Source of the DNA: Eledone cirrhosa
Lineage: Eukaryota
Direction of reading: 5' to 3'
Assembly: GCA_964016885.1 (NCBI GenBank)
Contig: OZ024753.1
Location: 33,232,001-33,296,000, forward strand
Length of the DNA stretch: 64,000 bases
Part shown: positions 10,821 through 24,093 of the stretch, piece by piece
How positions within the stretch are numbered: the stretch's first letter is position 1
How the letters are laid out: each line of letters begins with the position of its first letter
The notes under the pieces: model-generated
The model's input: only the letters and a program-made list of their open reading frames with translations
Database searches by the model: none
Told to the model about the DNA's origin: nothing
Translations under genes and position numbers: made by a program

Positions 10821-12941
10821 ATGCAGAAACAACATCTGAATATTTCTACAAAGAATATACCGGTACCAAGCAGGAAAACATACCTAAAACTCCTGATACA
10901 GAAAACAGACGCGTTCATTAAAAGGTTGCGTTGACGTGCCTTTTATTTCGATAATCCGCGAAAAGCAGACAGCAAACAGGATAAATTTGTGTTTAAAACC
11001 TATAATAACCCCCCGTGTAACCCAGCATTGCTACCCTTCGAAAATGATGTCTTGGAACTCATACGGACTATTAAACTTCGGAATAGGAGCAATTCCTTCC
11101 AGCAGGACCGGAACAATAGAATTCGTTCTATTAAGGATTCTAATGCCGTGCACGTCCATTCCGACAAAACTGGCAACCTATATCAAGTGGAGCGCAGTAC
11201 TTACCATCAACTACTACATAATGCTGTAATTAAGGATTACCGTAAAACTAATCGGTGCGTCATCAATGAAATCAACGATGCTAGGTTTAAAATCACCTCT
11301 GATCTCAACATCCTGGACCGGACCGAACCCCTGGACCCTATTTCTCCCCACTTTACCCTGAAGGATCACCAATCCAATTTTCCGAACAACCCCTCTATTC
11401 GGCTTATTAACTCTACGAAGTCCGATTTAGGTAGACTTAGTAAAAGAATTTTTGATAGAATTATACCAGAAATTAGAAGTTTGGCCCCTCTTGCACTGTG
11501 GAATAATTCTTTCGCGGTGATTGATTGGTTCAACGGCATATGCAACAAGGAATATTGCCGTTTTATCCAATTCGACATCAACAATTACTACTCCTCCATC
11601 ACTTTACCACTTCTCCTTAGAGCTATCAAAACACTCACAGTGATTAAGGATTTCGAAGTTGATGTCATCCTCAATGCCTGTAAGTCGGTGATTAATTTCG
11701 ACGACTCTATTTGGATTAAAAAATCCAATAGTACCCCATTCGACGTGAGTATGGGCGCCAGCGATTCTGCAGAGGTTACTGATCTTATCGGCCTTTTCCT
11801 TCTTTTCTCTATCAAGGATGAATTCCCCAACGCTGGCGGTGGTTTGTACCGTGATGATGGTCATTTGACCATGACTAAGTGCGGACCTCGTGCTTGTGAC
11901 AGGTTCAGAAAAGAACTTACAGCCTTCTTTAAACGCTTCAACCTCTCTATACAGGTTGAGGCCAATCTCTCGGTCGTTAATTACCTCGACGTTACCCTCA
12001 ATTTATCGAATGGGTTGTATTACCCGTATAGAAAGCCGAATTATACGCTTAATTACATAAGTAAGCATTCCAACCATCCTGCCAGCATAACCAAGAACCT
12101 GGTAAGAAACGTTTCGTTGAGGCTTTCCCGTCTATCTACTAACGAGCATATTTTCAACGACCATTCCACTTATTACAATGAAGCTCTTGCTCGGAGTGGA
12201 TTTGTCGATAAGGTAGCATATACAGAGTACGAAAATAGACCTAGAAGACATAGATCCCGTCGCATTTGTTGGTATAACCCACCATATAATATGGAGGTGG
12301 CCACACCATTAGTTAAGATCTTTCTTTCCCTTATTACGAAGCATTTTGCCCCTACACATAAATATAGTAAAATTTTTAATAGAAATACTATTAAAATTCC
12401 TTACTCTACGACTCCTAACCTTCCACATAACATCACAGCTTCAAATTTAGCTAAACTACCTAGCTGTAGGAACACGTGCAACCCTGTAGTTAGTACTAAC
12501 TGTAATTGTAGGAATCGGGTTGATTACCCTCTATCCGGGAAATGCCTCTCTAGTAACATTGTCTACAAATGTAAGGTTGAAACACCCACGTCCCGTAGGG
12601 CCTACATAGGGTTAACCGCCAATAGATTCAAGCAGCGTCTTTACATGCATACCCATTCTTTTCGTTACCCTCTAAGAAGGAATATGACGGCACTTTCAGC
12701 TTATATCTGGAGTCTAAAAGACAACCACACCCAATATAAGTTACCCTGGGAGATCCTAGCTAGCGCTAGATCGTATAACGGAAATAAAAGACCATGTGAC
12801 CTCTGCGCCGCTGAGGCCCTGGAAATACTCTACGCCACAGACCACATCTTAAACAAAAAATCTGAGGCAATTTCGGCTTGTAAACATAAATTGCACAACA
12901 CTTTCCTGTATTACAGCCCCACGTTATACCCTAACGGATAG
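10821..12941 (+). pseudogene. PLE polyprotein (reverse transcriptase plus GIY-YIG endonuclease), ~706 codons with one in-frame TGA at 10932-10934
   Basis: The ATG at 10821 is in frame with ORF 10989-12941: MQKQHLNISTKNIPVPSRKTYLKLLIQKTDAFIKRLR*RAFYF. RT motifs FIQFDINNYYSSI, MGASDSAE, LYRDDG, YLDVTL. Linker CNCR....YPLSGKC. GIY-YIG NIVYKC..AYIGLT..FKQRL..H, then C.LC..E and LNKK.E..S.C.H. Confidence 0.9.
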
Positions 12942-13540
12942 TACGATCTATACGTGGATGTTTTACGTCTTGATGTGGTAGGTAAGTAAATGTCTTGTTT
13001 ATACCATTACTTATTTACATAGGTAAGTACATATTACCTGTATGTTTTGTGAAGGTACGTATACTTTCTCGTACGTATATTTGATTGTATATGTTATGGC
13101 GTATAATTTTTTATATATTCTGGTACATATGGTTCGACTATGTGTATACAGCAGTTTTGCATCTGTGTGAGTATGCAGGTTCGTACGTATGTAGGGTGTG
13201 TGTATATGTGTACTTCATGTTTTGGTTGACTTACGTCTCCGAACTTGTGTGTATTTACATGTAGGTATGTGTGTGCGTTCGTTATATACGTATTTATTTA
13301 TTTATATACGTTTATTTAATTATTTATTTATTTGTTACCACGCACGCACACACACACACACATATTTATATGTGCGTGGTTTTGTATACCTATGGCAAGT
13401 GTTTCCACGTATGCTTGTGTCTGTACGTATTTGCATGCGTGTATGTATTTATTTAATTTCTATTACCTCTGTATTGTATTTTATTTACTTTATTCTTAAC
13501 TCTGAAGCGGAGATTCATTCGGTTTCCTAGTTAGAAATTT

Positions 13541-13808
13541 ACTCTACGACTTCAGCTATACCATTTACATGGTTTTGTCTTTGCGTGCTATTGTTCTCCA
13601 CGCTCCACATATGACGTATTATCTTCGGTTTTTCCGTTCATTGCCAGAGAACATCTCTATGAACCACCTAAGAGAACATTAGTCTACGACTTCTTTTATA
13701 CCATAAACGTGGTTCTGTCTTTGCGCGTAATTGTTTTTCACCGCTCCTATTAATGACGCATTATTCGTTTTTTCCCGTTCTTTGCCAGCGAACGTTACCA
13801 CGAACCAA
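13541..13808 (+). repeat. Diverged ~140-bp direct duplication in the PLE 3' UTR
   Basis: 13541-13668 and 13681-13808 share TCTACGACTTC...TATACCA...GTCTTTGCG...ATGACG...CCGTTC.TTGCCAG...GAACCA. Confidence 0.8.
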
Positions 13809-13885
13809 AGTATCGTCTTCCTGTCTTCCTCCGGTTGCAACGTTTTTTGAAATATCCAGTTCTATGTTTACAGATTGACTTTGTT

Positions 13886-13936
13886 AGTTTCAGAAGATCC
13901 CGTTAAGGGTGAAAGCAGCGATTCTTTGCTTAAACT
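13886..13936 (+). ncRNA. Variant hammerhead ribozyme in the 3' pLTR
   Basis: agttt-CAGAAGA-tccc(gttaa)gggt-GAAA-gca(gcgattctt)tgc-TT-aaact, followed by AATAAA. Confidence 0.65.
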
Positions 13937-14045
13937 TTAATCTGTTATTTTAATAAATATTCGCTCTACGGTTCTTATATATATTTGATATATATTTATC
14001 CTTATCGAGCCCTCTTTGGATTTTAGTCTTCAAATTTATTATTAT

Positions 14046-14104
<59 letters not shown>

Positions 14105-14109
14105 TGTAC

Positions 14110-14148
<39 letters not shown>

Positions 14149-14281
14149 CTGACCTCAGATCGTTGAAGCTCACGGTGGAGATGACGATGGACCGTGACGA
14201 GTGGAGAGATGCTGTGTTGAATAAGACCCGTCCCACCCTTGCGAACAGGGAAGAGCGGACGTAAAATGATGATGATGATGA
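14149..14281 (+). mobile_element. RTE LINE family 2, 3' end. Longer copies at 38190-38510(-) and 35680-35830(-)
   Basis: Translates DLRSLKLT.EM..DRD.WRDAVL.KTRPTLA and ends CAGGGAA.AGCGGACGTAAAATG(ATG)n. Confidence 0.8.
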
Positions 14282-14882
14282 TATATATGCATGTACATAT
14301 ATATATATGTACATATATATATATATATATATGCATGTACATATATATATACAAACATATACATATATATATATATATTCATTTTTATTTTAAGGCATAA
14401 CAGTATTTGTTGCCAAAATAATATTGATTTTGCATAAGAGTAATTTATATGTAAACATTTTTTTAAGCCTTAAAATTCTCAAGAATAATTTCATAAAACC
14501 ATTATTTCTTTAAAATAATGTAATTTTTCATAACATTAGTTCATTTAATTATTTTCTTTTTTTTTTTTACTTGATTTCGTTTTCCACTTTATGCTGAGAT
14601 TTACACAATTTAGTTTTTTGATGCTAGTAAAAGGAAGAACATCTTCAAACTGAATTTCAAATTACCAGAATATCATTAAAAATTACAAGAATTCGATACA
14701 AACCAAACACACACACATGTATAGATGTACAAGGGCTAAGCTATGACTCTCTGTCTCTCTGTCTCTCTCTATATATATATGCACACACATTTCTGTGTAT
14801 AAACACATACATTTGTATCGGTATATACACATACAGAGACATACATACATGTATATGTGTGAATGAATGTGTGTATGTATGC

Positions 14883-14931
<49 letters not shown>

Positions 14932-16512
14932 CATCTGAATATGCATGTGTGAATGTACCCTCGAAGGAAATACTTTCGCATGCGAAAATCCAATTAGTAT
15001 TAAGAAAGACAAAAATATCAAAATTATATTTTATATTTTCATTTTTCATTTTTATCCACTCATTTTAGAACAGTGTATTGTTCTTTTTCTTGTTGCTGTA
15101 CTTATTCTTGTTATTATTGTTGTTTCATCCATTTTGTTTTTAAAAATATCAAAAATAAATAAATAAATAATAAATATTACTGTTTGAATTGTTTTATTGT
15201 TATATCATTTTATTTTGTTTTCATTTTTTTTATTTTTAAATATTTACTTTGGTTTCTCATCTAACTTCAATAACCTTTCATTGAATACATATCTGACTTT
15301 CTTGACTTTGCAACTACCTAGACAATTATTTGATAAAATAAAACACATATTCAGCAGAGCAACTAAATATATATATCATATATATTATTACAATGTTGGA
15401 TTATTAAAGCTCAGTTCTTTATAAAACAGTTAGTAATATTGTATCAACCAACCAACTATTGCTGCAACTACAACAACAACAATACAAAAAAGGTTCACCT
15501 TAGAAATTGTTCAAATATGAAACTTGTAAGCTTATATTTACATATAGATATTATAATCAAGATTTAACATATGTTTTCTATGCTGGCAGTAGATAATCTG
15601 AGCTACTGCCCTCCTATATGGATAACATCTCACCCATTTCAATATTAGCATAGTTTCTACAGCTAAATTCACTTCTTGTCACCAACCACTTTACAGAGTG
15701 TACTGGGTGCATTTTGCCATGGCACTACCACCAGTCAGGTTGGCATGTTCTTGACACAACTGAAGAGTTCTCTCACCCCTTTTTATGGTAGATTTCTACA
15801 TATCCCTGAATGTGACCAAAAGGCTTGGCACCTAGAAAGAAATCTCCCTGTAAAGACATTGCTTCAAAAAGGATCCAAGGATAAGAATGGATTATTTTTA
15901 TGGGTTCTGCAAAATTAAGCCTTGCTTTAACATAAGAATATGCCCTTCAAACTCTTGCTGCTGTATTTATAAAGTTAAGTCAGCCAACTTGTCTCCATAT
16001 GAATTCTCCTCCCAAACAGTAGAGAGGGTGCTTTACTGGGCCGAATTTCACAAAATTGACTAAATACAAGGTGGCCCCAAAATAGCTTGACCAATTAACC
16101 ATTTTCAATATTTTGCAAATAATTTGTTTTTAATTTTCTTTAAAAAAGTTTAAAATACATGACTAGAAAATTTAAAATGAAAAACTTTAGGACAGATCAA
16201 TGTGTGAAAATTATTATGAAAAAAATATATGAAATATTCAGAAATTTGTATGTTTATTTATTTACTCCTTTGAAGTAATTATAAATAAATCATTCATATT
16301 CACTGCTTTATTCAAACTGATTTAGTGATTATTTAGGACTTTGAGCTACCAAGAAGTTGAACTACCATTGTTTTGTGGGAAATATATATCATCATCATTT
16401 TATGTCCGCTTTTCCCTGCTTGCAGATATATATATATATATATATATATATGCTGATACACTTGCACACATATGTAACTACATACGTATATACCAATGTG
16501 TCTGTATTTATT

Positions 16513-16554
<42 letters not shown>

Positions 16555-16707
16555 CGTGTACATACACATACATATACACACACATTCACCATATTCACAT
16601 ATTTATATATACATACATATACATATATGCACACATATATTCATCATATTCACATATTTATATATAAATACACACACATTTATATATAAATACACACACA
16701 CACACAC

Positions 16708-16759
<52 letters not shown>

Positions 16760-16836
16760 TATATACTATTTTATATTATATAATACATATATATATGTCT
16801 AATATTATATTATATATGTGTGTGTGTGTATTAAAC

Positions 16837-16876
<40 letters not shown>

Positions 16877-17431
16877 TAGATATAGATAGATAGATATATA
16901 TAGATACAGCTGGTGTATTGTGTAGACTTATTAAGCAGAATCTATCATGGTACGTTTGATATATCACATTAATTTTAGAGCTGCTTTGTTCTAAGTTTGC
17001 AGACTTTCACAGTGATATTGTGATACTGCATCAATAGGCTTTTGGTAATAACCTATAGCACAGATACTGATAACAAATCTAATCTACAACCACCGCCACT
17101 GCCGCTACTAATGATAGTACTTAATATTACTACTAACATCCATCTATACTACTAATACTAGTACTACTACCATTATAACCACCAGCACTATTACATAACG
17201 ACCACCACCTTCACTACAACTGCTACTACTACTATTACTACCACCACCACACTACTATTATTACTACCTACTCCTACTTACTACATCCAACACTACTACT
17301 ACTATTAATAATTGTTTCTGATTTAAGCACAAGGCCAGGCCAGCAGTTTTAGGGGAAGGGAAATTCGATTAAATTTCCCCCTGTACATTACTGGTACTTT
17401 ATTTTATCGACCCTGTCAGGATTGTCCACTG

Positions 17432-17471
<40 letters not shown>

Positions 17472-18169
17472 TAATAATGATAATAATAATTGTTTCTACG
17501 TTAGGCACAAGGCCAGCAATTAACCAGTGCATTACTGGTACTTTATGTTATCGACCCCGTAAGGATGAAAGGCAAAGTCAACCTCGGCGGGATTTGAACT
17601 CAGATCGTAAAGGGACGTAACTATGCTGGAAAGCATGGCGTCCGACCCTCCACTGGTACTGCCAATCCACCGCCCTTGATAATGATAATAATAATACTGT
17701 TACTATCCTTGTGTTGTTTTAGTTAAGACAGTATTAATAGTTTAACTCAGTAATTGTTTAGCAGAAAATATCTAAAAATTGGGTTTGCTAATTCCTATAT
17801 TTATAGTATCTTTACTAGTTGACAGATTTTTGTGAAATTCTGTATCATTGTAAATATTTGTAATATTAGAATGCGCTATGGTCCTGTAGCTCCCAAAGGG
17901 GTTGTAGAGGCATGACAACTCATTTATAGAGCATTTTAAAACCTGACAGAGTCCATCTCTCCAGGTAATATTAGAATAAAGAATTTAATTATTTAATGTG
18001 AGGAAGCCATAGTTCTATTTTATACTTTTTAAAGAATGTCTTTGTTAATGAGGCTTCATGTAGTACAGGACGTTGTTCTATGTACTATACATGCAACTTT
18101 GATGAGTTGTAGTTCACCTGAACACTGTAAACAATAATTTCATTATTGTTAAGAGTTAATACAATGAAA

Positions 18170-19173
18170 AGTTGAAGAAAAGAAGGAGGAGGGGAATGAG
18201 AAGGATGAGAAGGAGGATGTCAAGGATGAGGGGGAAGAGGAGGACAATAAAAACAATGACAACAACAATGGCAACAACAACAACAAAACAGCACAACACA
18301 ACAACAACAAGTAAAGGAACTGTAGAAAATGTATTAGAAAGAAGAACAACAACATCAACAACAAAAACAACAACTACAACCACAACAATAACAAAATCAA
18401 CAGCAACAACAATAATGAAAACATCAACAACAACAACAACAACAGCAGCAGCATCAACAACAACAGCAACAACAACAACAATAGCAACAGCAACAACAAC
18501 AACAACAACAGCAACAACAGTAACAACAACAACAGTTAGGAAGCCACAAAGAATTAATATGACAGTATAAAACAATACTTGAGGATTTCCAGAGTTTTGA
18601 GTATTTACAATGGACCAAGAAATATTTGGTTAAGTATTATTGTGTGCAGTTTTGCCTTTAGCAAGATAGAAACAATGGGAATTGTAAAGAACAATAGGCA
18701 ATGGTCAGTAGATATAACGTACAATAATGGTTAGAGAGGAGAGAAGAGATAGAGAGATAGAGAGGAGAGAGGTGGAAAGAGAGAGATTAGAGATAGAGAG
18801 ATTAGAGATGGAGAGATGGAGGGAGAGAGGAGAGATGGAGGGAGAGAGGAGAGATGGAGGGAGAGAGGAGAGATGGAGAGAGAGAGGAGAGATGGAGAGA
18901 GACAGGAGAGAGGTGGAGAAGGGAGAGGAGAGATGGAGATAGAGAGGAGAGATGGAGAGATAGAGAATGCAGGAAGAAGGTTAGGGGAAGATAAAACTTG
19001 AATAGAAATTAGAGAGATATGGGAAGGAGGGAAGTAGACAGACAGATAGATAAATAGATATGTTTCTTTATTAGCCACAGGGGCACAAAAGAAGGGGACA
19101 AATACAAAGGGGGAAGTTTATATACAATAAAAACGTGTAAAATGTTATCACAAATGAAACTTAAAAAATAGAG

Positions 19174-19247
<74 letters not shown>

Positions 19248-19280
19248 CTAGACAGACAGACAGATAGATAGATAGAGATA
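18170..19280. repeat. Low-complexity block: (AGG)n, (AAC)n, a GA-rich minisatellite and (GATA)n
   Basis: Visible simple repeats. Confidence 0.9.
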
Positions 19281-22200
19281 GATAGAGGCAGCTATAAAGT
19301 GATAGGGAACTATAGAGACAAACAGAACAAGAAAGAGAGAGTGATAGAGGTAAAGAGGGACAGATAGAAAGAGACAGAGAGAGATAGAGAGAGGGTTGGT
19401 GGTGTTTCAGTGATTGTTTAAAATTATATTGATTAGGTTAGATGTCAGTAAAGACATAGGGTGTTTCTTGAAGTCAATTAGAAAAACAATTGTTTAAACT
19501 TTATATTATAAACACAGGATGATAGATTATTGAACACAGAAAGATAGATTGCGGAGATTAGTGAGACAGAATATTTTTCTTTGTTTGTCTTATTTTTAAA
19601 TTTGTTTAGTTCTAACAGGAATAACTGAGTGGTTAAGAAGTTGGTTTGTTATATTTGGTTCAATCCCATTCTGCAGCACCTTAACCCTTTAGCATTTAAA
19701 CCATCTGTATCCAGCTGTATCTGGCCAGAATTCTCTCACCTATTTCTATTCAAACCAGCTGTAACTGGCCACACATACTGATGTTAAGGTATTGTTCTCA
19801 AAATAAATAGCATCATCAAAATCTCGTAGCTTCGATATTATGTGAGATAATGATGTGAGGTAAAGCCTTTACCTCAAAAATACAATAGTAAATATAGAGT
19901 AATGTAAATGGCGAAGTGCTTTTTACCATAGCATTGGATCAACCTAAATTTTGAGAATGGTAGTCACTGTGTGGAAGTTTGTTGATGAGAAAATTCTTGC
20001 TCTCTGCTGTTAGACTTAATTCAACATGTCAAAGTTTTCAACAAAAATTCTAATAAGGACAGTTAATAAAATCTATAGTTATTGAGGTAACATAGGATTA
20101 TATATTAAAATGTATAGTAATGTGCTGCTATATGCAACTTTTTGTGTAACTCAGTCCCACTCTTGGTTGGTGTTTTGGTAGGCCTGCAACTGCCACACAA
20201 ATTTCGGCCAAAACACAGGTCCTGCTACGAGCAAGGTACAGTGCAGCCATCAGACCAGACTTGTCTAATAACAAGACCACCCATTTGTACACTGTAAATG
20301 TGGTTGGTGTTAGGAAGGGCATCCATCTGTAAAAGTCAAAACCAAAATACAGTTCCATTTGAGCAAGGTATGGCATGGCCAGTTGGCCAGATTCTTCTCA
20401 TATGATCGAACATCTAACCCATGCGAGCATGGAAAAATGGATGTAAAATGGGGATGATGATGATGATTCATATATACATATATATATAAATACACACACA
20501 TATATATATATATATTTATATATATATATATATATATGAATATATATATACATATATATATATAAATACACACATATATATATATGTATACATATATATA
20601 CATATTTATACATATACATATATTTTACATATATATACTTATACATATATACATATATATACACATATATATACTTTTACATACATATACATATATATAT
20701 GTATATGTTTATGTATGTATCATCATCATCATCGATTAACATCTATCTTCCACGCTAGCATGGGTTGATGTATGTATATATATATGTGTGTGTGTGTGTA
20801 TGTATATGTGTATATATATATATTATTCTTAGAGAATTTCAAACAGAATTTTCAGTTTTATTATGTGTTCTAAGAATTAAATTTAAAATCTTTTTTTTAA
20901 TTACCATGTGGTTTTTTTCCATTCTCTCGTTTATTAGATGTTGTATAAAAAATACAGTTTTATGACAGGCTCTTTCATCAAGTCATACTTAAAAGATAAC
21001 TAAATAAATAAATATATAATGATATGGTAAATGCTGAGTTAAGGTTATTGAGTAAATATTATTTGGTATAAAGCAAATAGTGAAGTGTTTATCTGTGCCA
21101 TTAATATATTTCAACAATGTTTGTTTATTTTGTTAGTTTATATCCTTACTAATAGATGTGTGTGAAGGCATTTAGCCTAGTAATTATATTGTTGGGCTTA
21201 CAATCATTAGGTCAACAGTTTGATTTTCTGACTGGATGCAGTATTTTGTCCGTGAGCATAGAACTTTGTTTCATATCGTTCTAATCCACTTTACCAAAAA
21301 TTAATATAAGTTGCCACTGGGGTTTAACGTTAACGATGTGATGATCTGACAGTTACATTACTCTATAGTTACTACTAAATTTTCATGGTAAAGGCTTTAC
21401 CTCACATAATATCAAATTTATGAGATTTTGATATTATTTATTTTGAGAACAATACCTTAATGGACGGCCAATTACAGCCTGTTTGAACAGAGAGAAGTGA
21501 GAGAATTCTGGCCGGATATGGACAGTTTAAATGCTAAAGGGTTAAAAGAGAGGTATAGTATGCTCAGTTGCTTTATGTCCACGAAACCAGGATAATATTT
21601 GGCAATTGTCCAAGCATGAAATGTTAGACAGAAAATGATAACTGATTAATAAATGTAGTATGGTAATCATTAGTTTTTGGGGTTTTTTTTTCTTCTATAC
21701 TGGCATGAGTCAACTGAGATTATTGAAGATAGAATTCTACCTGATACCAACCTCTTACTCTGTTTTGTTTAGTTAAGTACAACACTATATGTATAACCCG
21801 CTAAGCAGCAAGATTTCTGTTTTTGAGAAACAAACAAAAATATTTGCCTGCAATGTTGAATGTGAAGAGAAGAAAACAAGCATAGACACATATACACACA
21901 TACACAAATGTACCCATACCCCCACACGCACATATATAATGCATATCTTAACTGAGAATGTAACCCAGATTTAACTCCCACATTACTGACCTTCATACAT
22001 AATTCTGATTACTATAACTCCCCTTTAAACAATTAATCTTTGTTTATTATTACCAGATAAAAATAGTTGAATACAAAGAATTTTGCCAAATTTCTATTCT
22101 TTATGATTTCTAAAAGAATAAAAAATAAAAACATTTCCAAAGCTCACCAATTTATCCCTGAACTCCCCTATTCTACACCCAACTTATTAGATTTCAATGA

Positions 22201-22922
22201 CAATCCTCAAACTAAGATCAATAAATCTGTGTTTGATGTAACTCCATCCCTTAGAGAAGACATAAGATTTGTAATGTGTATCCATCTGCCACAGTATGAA
22301 AAGAAAAAAAGGAAAAAGAAAAAGAAGGAAAAAGAAAAAGAAAAAAAAAGAAAAAGAAAAAGAAAAAAAAAGAAATAAGAGAAGAAAAAGAAAAAGAAAA
22401 AAGAAAAGGAAGAAAAAAAGCTAAAAAAAAATAATAATAAATAAATATTCAAAAGTCCAAAAGACTTCAAGATCTGAAGAGGAAAAAAATTCAAATGGGA
22501 CAATGAGATCAGATAGAGAAGTCGCATGCAGAGAGAGGAAGGCGTGGTAATATGATTTCACAAAAGAGATGCTTTTTTTAAAGCACTGCCTGCCAATTAT
22601 TAGTGTTGTTGTTATTGTAGTTGTTACTGTGGTTGCTGTTATTGTCATAGGGAATCATATTTCTATTTGGAATTATATAGATTCTGAACTTGAATACAGA
22701 AGCTGAAGCCATGGAAATATGTTAAAGTATCATACAACACAGTTACAGAAATACATTCAATGCACACATTACATGTATATATATATATATATATATCCAT
22801 ACATATATATATATATATACATGCTGAATTTGCCGACGACATAGTTACAGAAATACATTCAATGCACACATTACATGTATATATATATATATATATATCC
22901 ATACATATATATATATACATGC

Positions 22923-23682
22923 TGAATTTGCCAACGACATAGTTTTGGTGACAAATACAGTGAAGGAGGCAGAGGATTTGATGCGGGAGGTTGAGACTGT
23001 GTCGATGAGTGTGGGGCTGAGAATGAATGAGACTAAAACAAAATATCTGGTAGAGAATGTTGAGAAGCCAGAGGGGATCACTAATGTAGGCGGGAAGCCG
23101 TTGGAATTGGTTGAGGACTTCCTGTATTTGGGAGCAAAGATTGGGAATACGGAAGATGATGTGGTTGAGAGGAAGAGCAAGGCCTGGGCGGCGTGCCACA
23201 GCTTGAGATCGGTGTGGAAGTCGGACCTTCGTAGAGACCTGAAAATCCGCCTCTTCATTGCTGTAGTGGAGTCTGTGCTGCTGTATGGGTCTGAGACTTG
23301 GACACTGACCAAGAAACTCACTCAGATGGTGGATGGGTGCTACACGAGAATGCTGAGGATGGCTCTGAACATTAATCAGTATACACTGAGGATGAAAAAC
23401 TCAGAGCTGTATGGGAGCATCCCAAAAGTCAGCTCAAAAGTGACACAGAGGAGACTGAGGTTGGCTGGACATGCTCACCGACATCCAGAGTTGACATTGC
23501 ACTCAATGCTCCTTTGGGAGCCCCTACATGGACACACTAGAAGAGGAAGACCAAGGTTAACATATGTTGATGCTCTAAGGACAGACACTGGTCTGTTGGA
23601 GATGCAGGATATGGCAGCGGGAGATGCAGGATATGGCTGGAGAGAACTCGTCCATGGATCTCGGGAATTTTACCCGCCTTAG
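22923..23682 (+). mobile_element. 5'-truncated RTE-like LINE (RT C-terminal half)
   Basis: FA(D/N)DIVLV, GLRMNETKTKY, VEDFLYLG, ESVLLYGSETW, RRLRLAGHAHRH, GRPRLTY. Ends at a (TA)n run. Confidence 0.85.
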
Positions 23683-23684
23683 AT

Positions 23685-23721
<37 letters not shown>

Positions 23722-23817
23722 AATATGTATGTAAAAGGTAAACAGAAATAACAACACAATCAGTACAGTATATGGAAGGGATATAATAGGTTAACGCATG
23801 ATATAGGAGGAAGAGGG

Positions 23818-23853
23818 TCTTAACGTTTCGGACGCTAGTCCTTCATCAGAAGA
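23818..23853 (-). ncRNA. Minimal type I hammerhead with palindromic stem III (element ~23731-23897)
   Basis: Reverse complement reads tctt-CTGATGA-a.ggac(tagc)gtcc-GAAA-cg-TT-aaga. Confidence 0.8.
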
Positions 23854-23976
23854 ATGTCTATAGATAAAAATAACAGGTCCATTCATGTTGCCATCTCAGA
23901 CACATGCATATATGTCCCAAGGCTCTGATATCATCAACACCATAAACACAGAGCTGGCATATCTAAGAACTAACTA

Positions 23977-24032
23977 ACTGCCTGATGAGGTCATAGCCAT
24001 TCAATGGCTATCATCGAAATATATATAACAGT
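23977..24032 (+). ncRNA. Type I hammerhead motif (one stem I mismatch)
   Basis: actgc-CTGATGA-ggt.atagccat(tca)atggctat.atc-GAAA-tatata-TA-acagt, then AATAAA and (TA)n. Confidence 0.75.
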
Positions 24033-24093
24033 AAATAAAGGATTATGAGTTCATGCAATTGACTTAGGTTTCGTCACTATATATATATATATA

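Larger units (their letters stand above)
10663..14048 (+). mobile_element. Penelope-like retroelement (PLE), near full length, inserted in (TA)n. It has a 5' inverted pseudo-LTR and a 3' pLTR plus tail
   Basis: RT plus GIY-YIG ORF. 10665-10784 is the reverse complement of 13839-13957. Unpaired tail 13958-14048. TA repeats on both sides. Confidence 0.92.

Noticed and set aside
10932-10934. In-frame TGA in the PLE ORF as possible selenocysteine recoding
   Set aside because: It falls at a position where Trp is expected (TGG to TGA), not Cys, and I saw no SECIS; a simple nonsense mutation is more likely
15248-15317. Possible 70-nt minus-strand exon (SCKVKKVRYVFNERLLKLDEKP) with AG/GT boundaries
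   Set aside because: No recognisable protein and no compatible neighbouring exon found; needs RNA-seq
18156-18575. Poly-Thr/poly-Val, poly-Lys/Arg (50535-51206) and poly-Met/Asp (53239-53683) ORFs
   Set aside because: Trinucleotide and purine-rich repeats with no domain content
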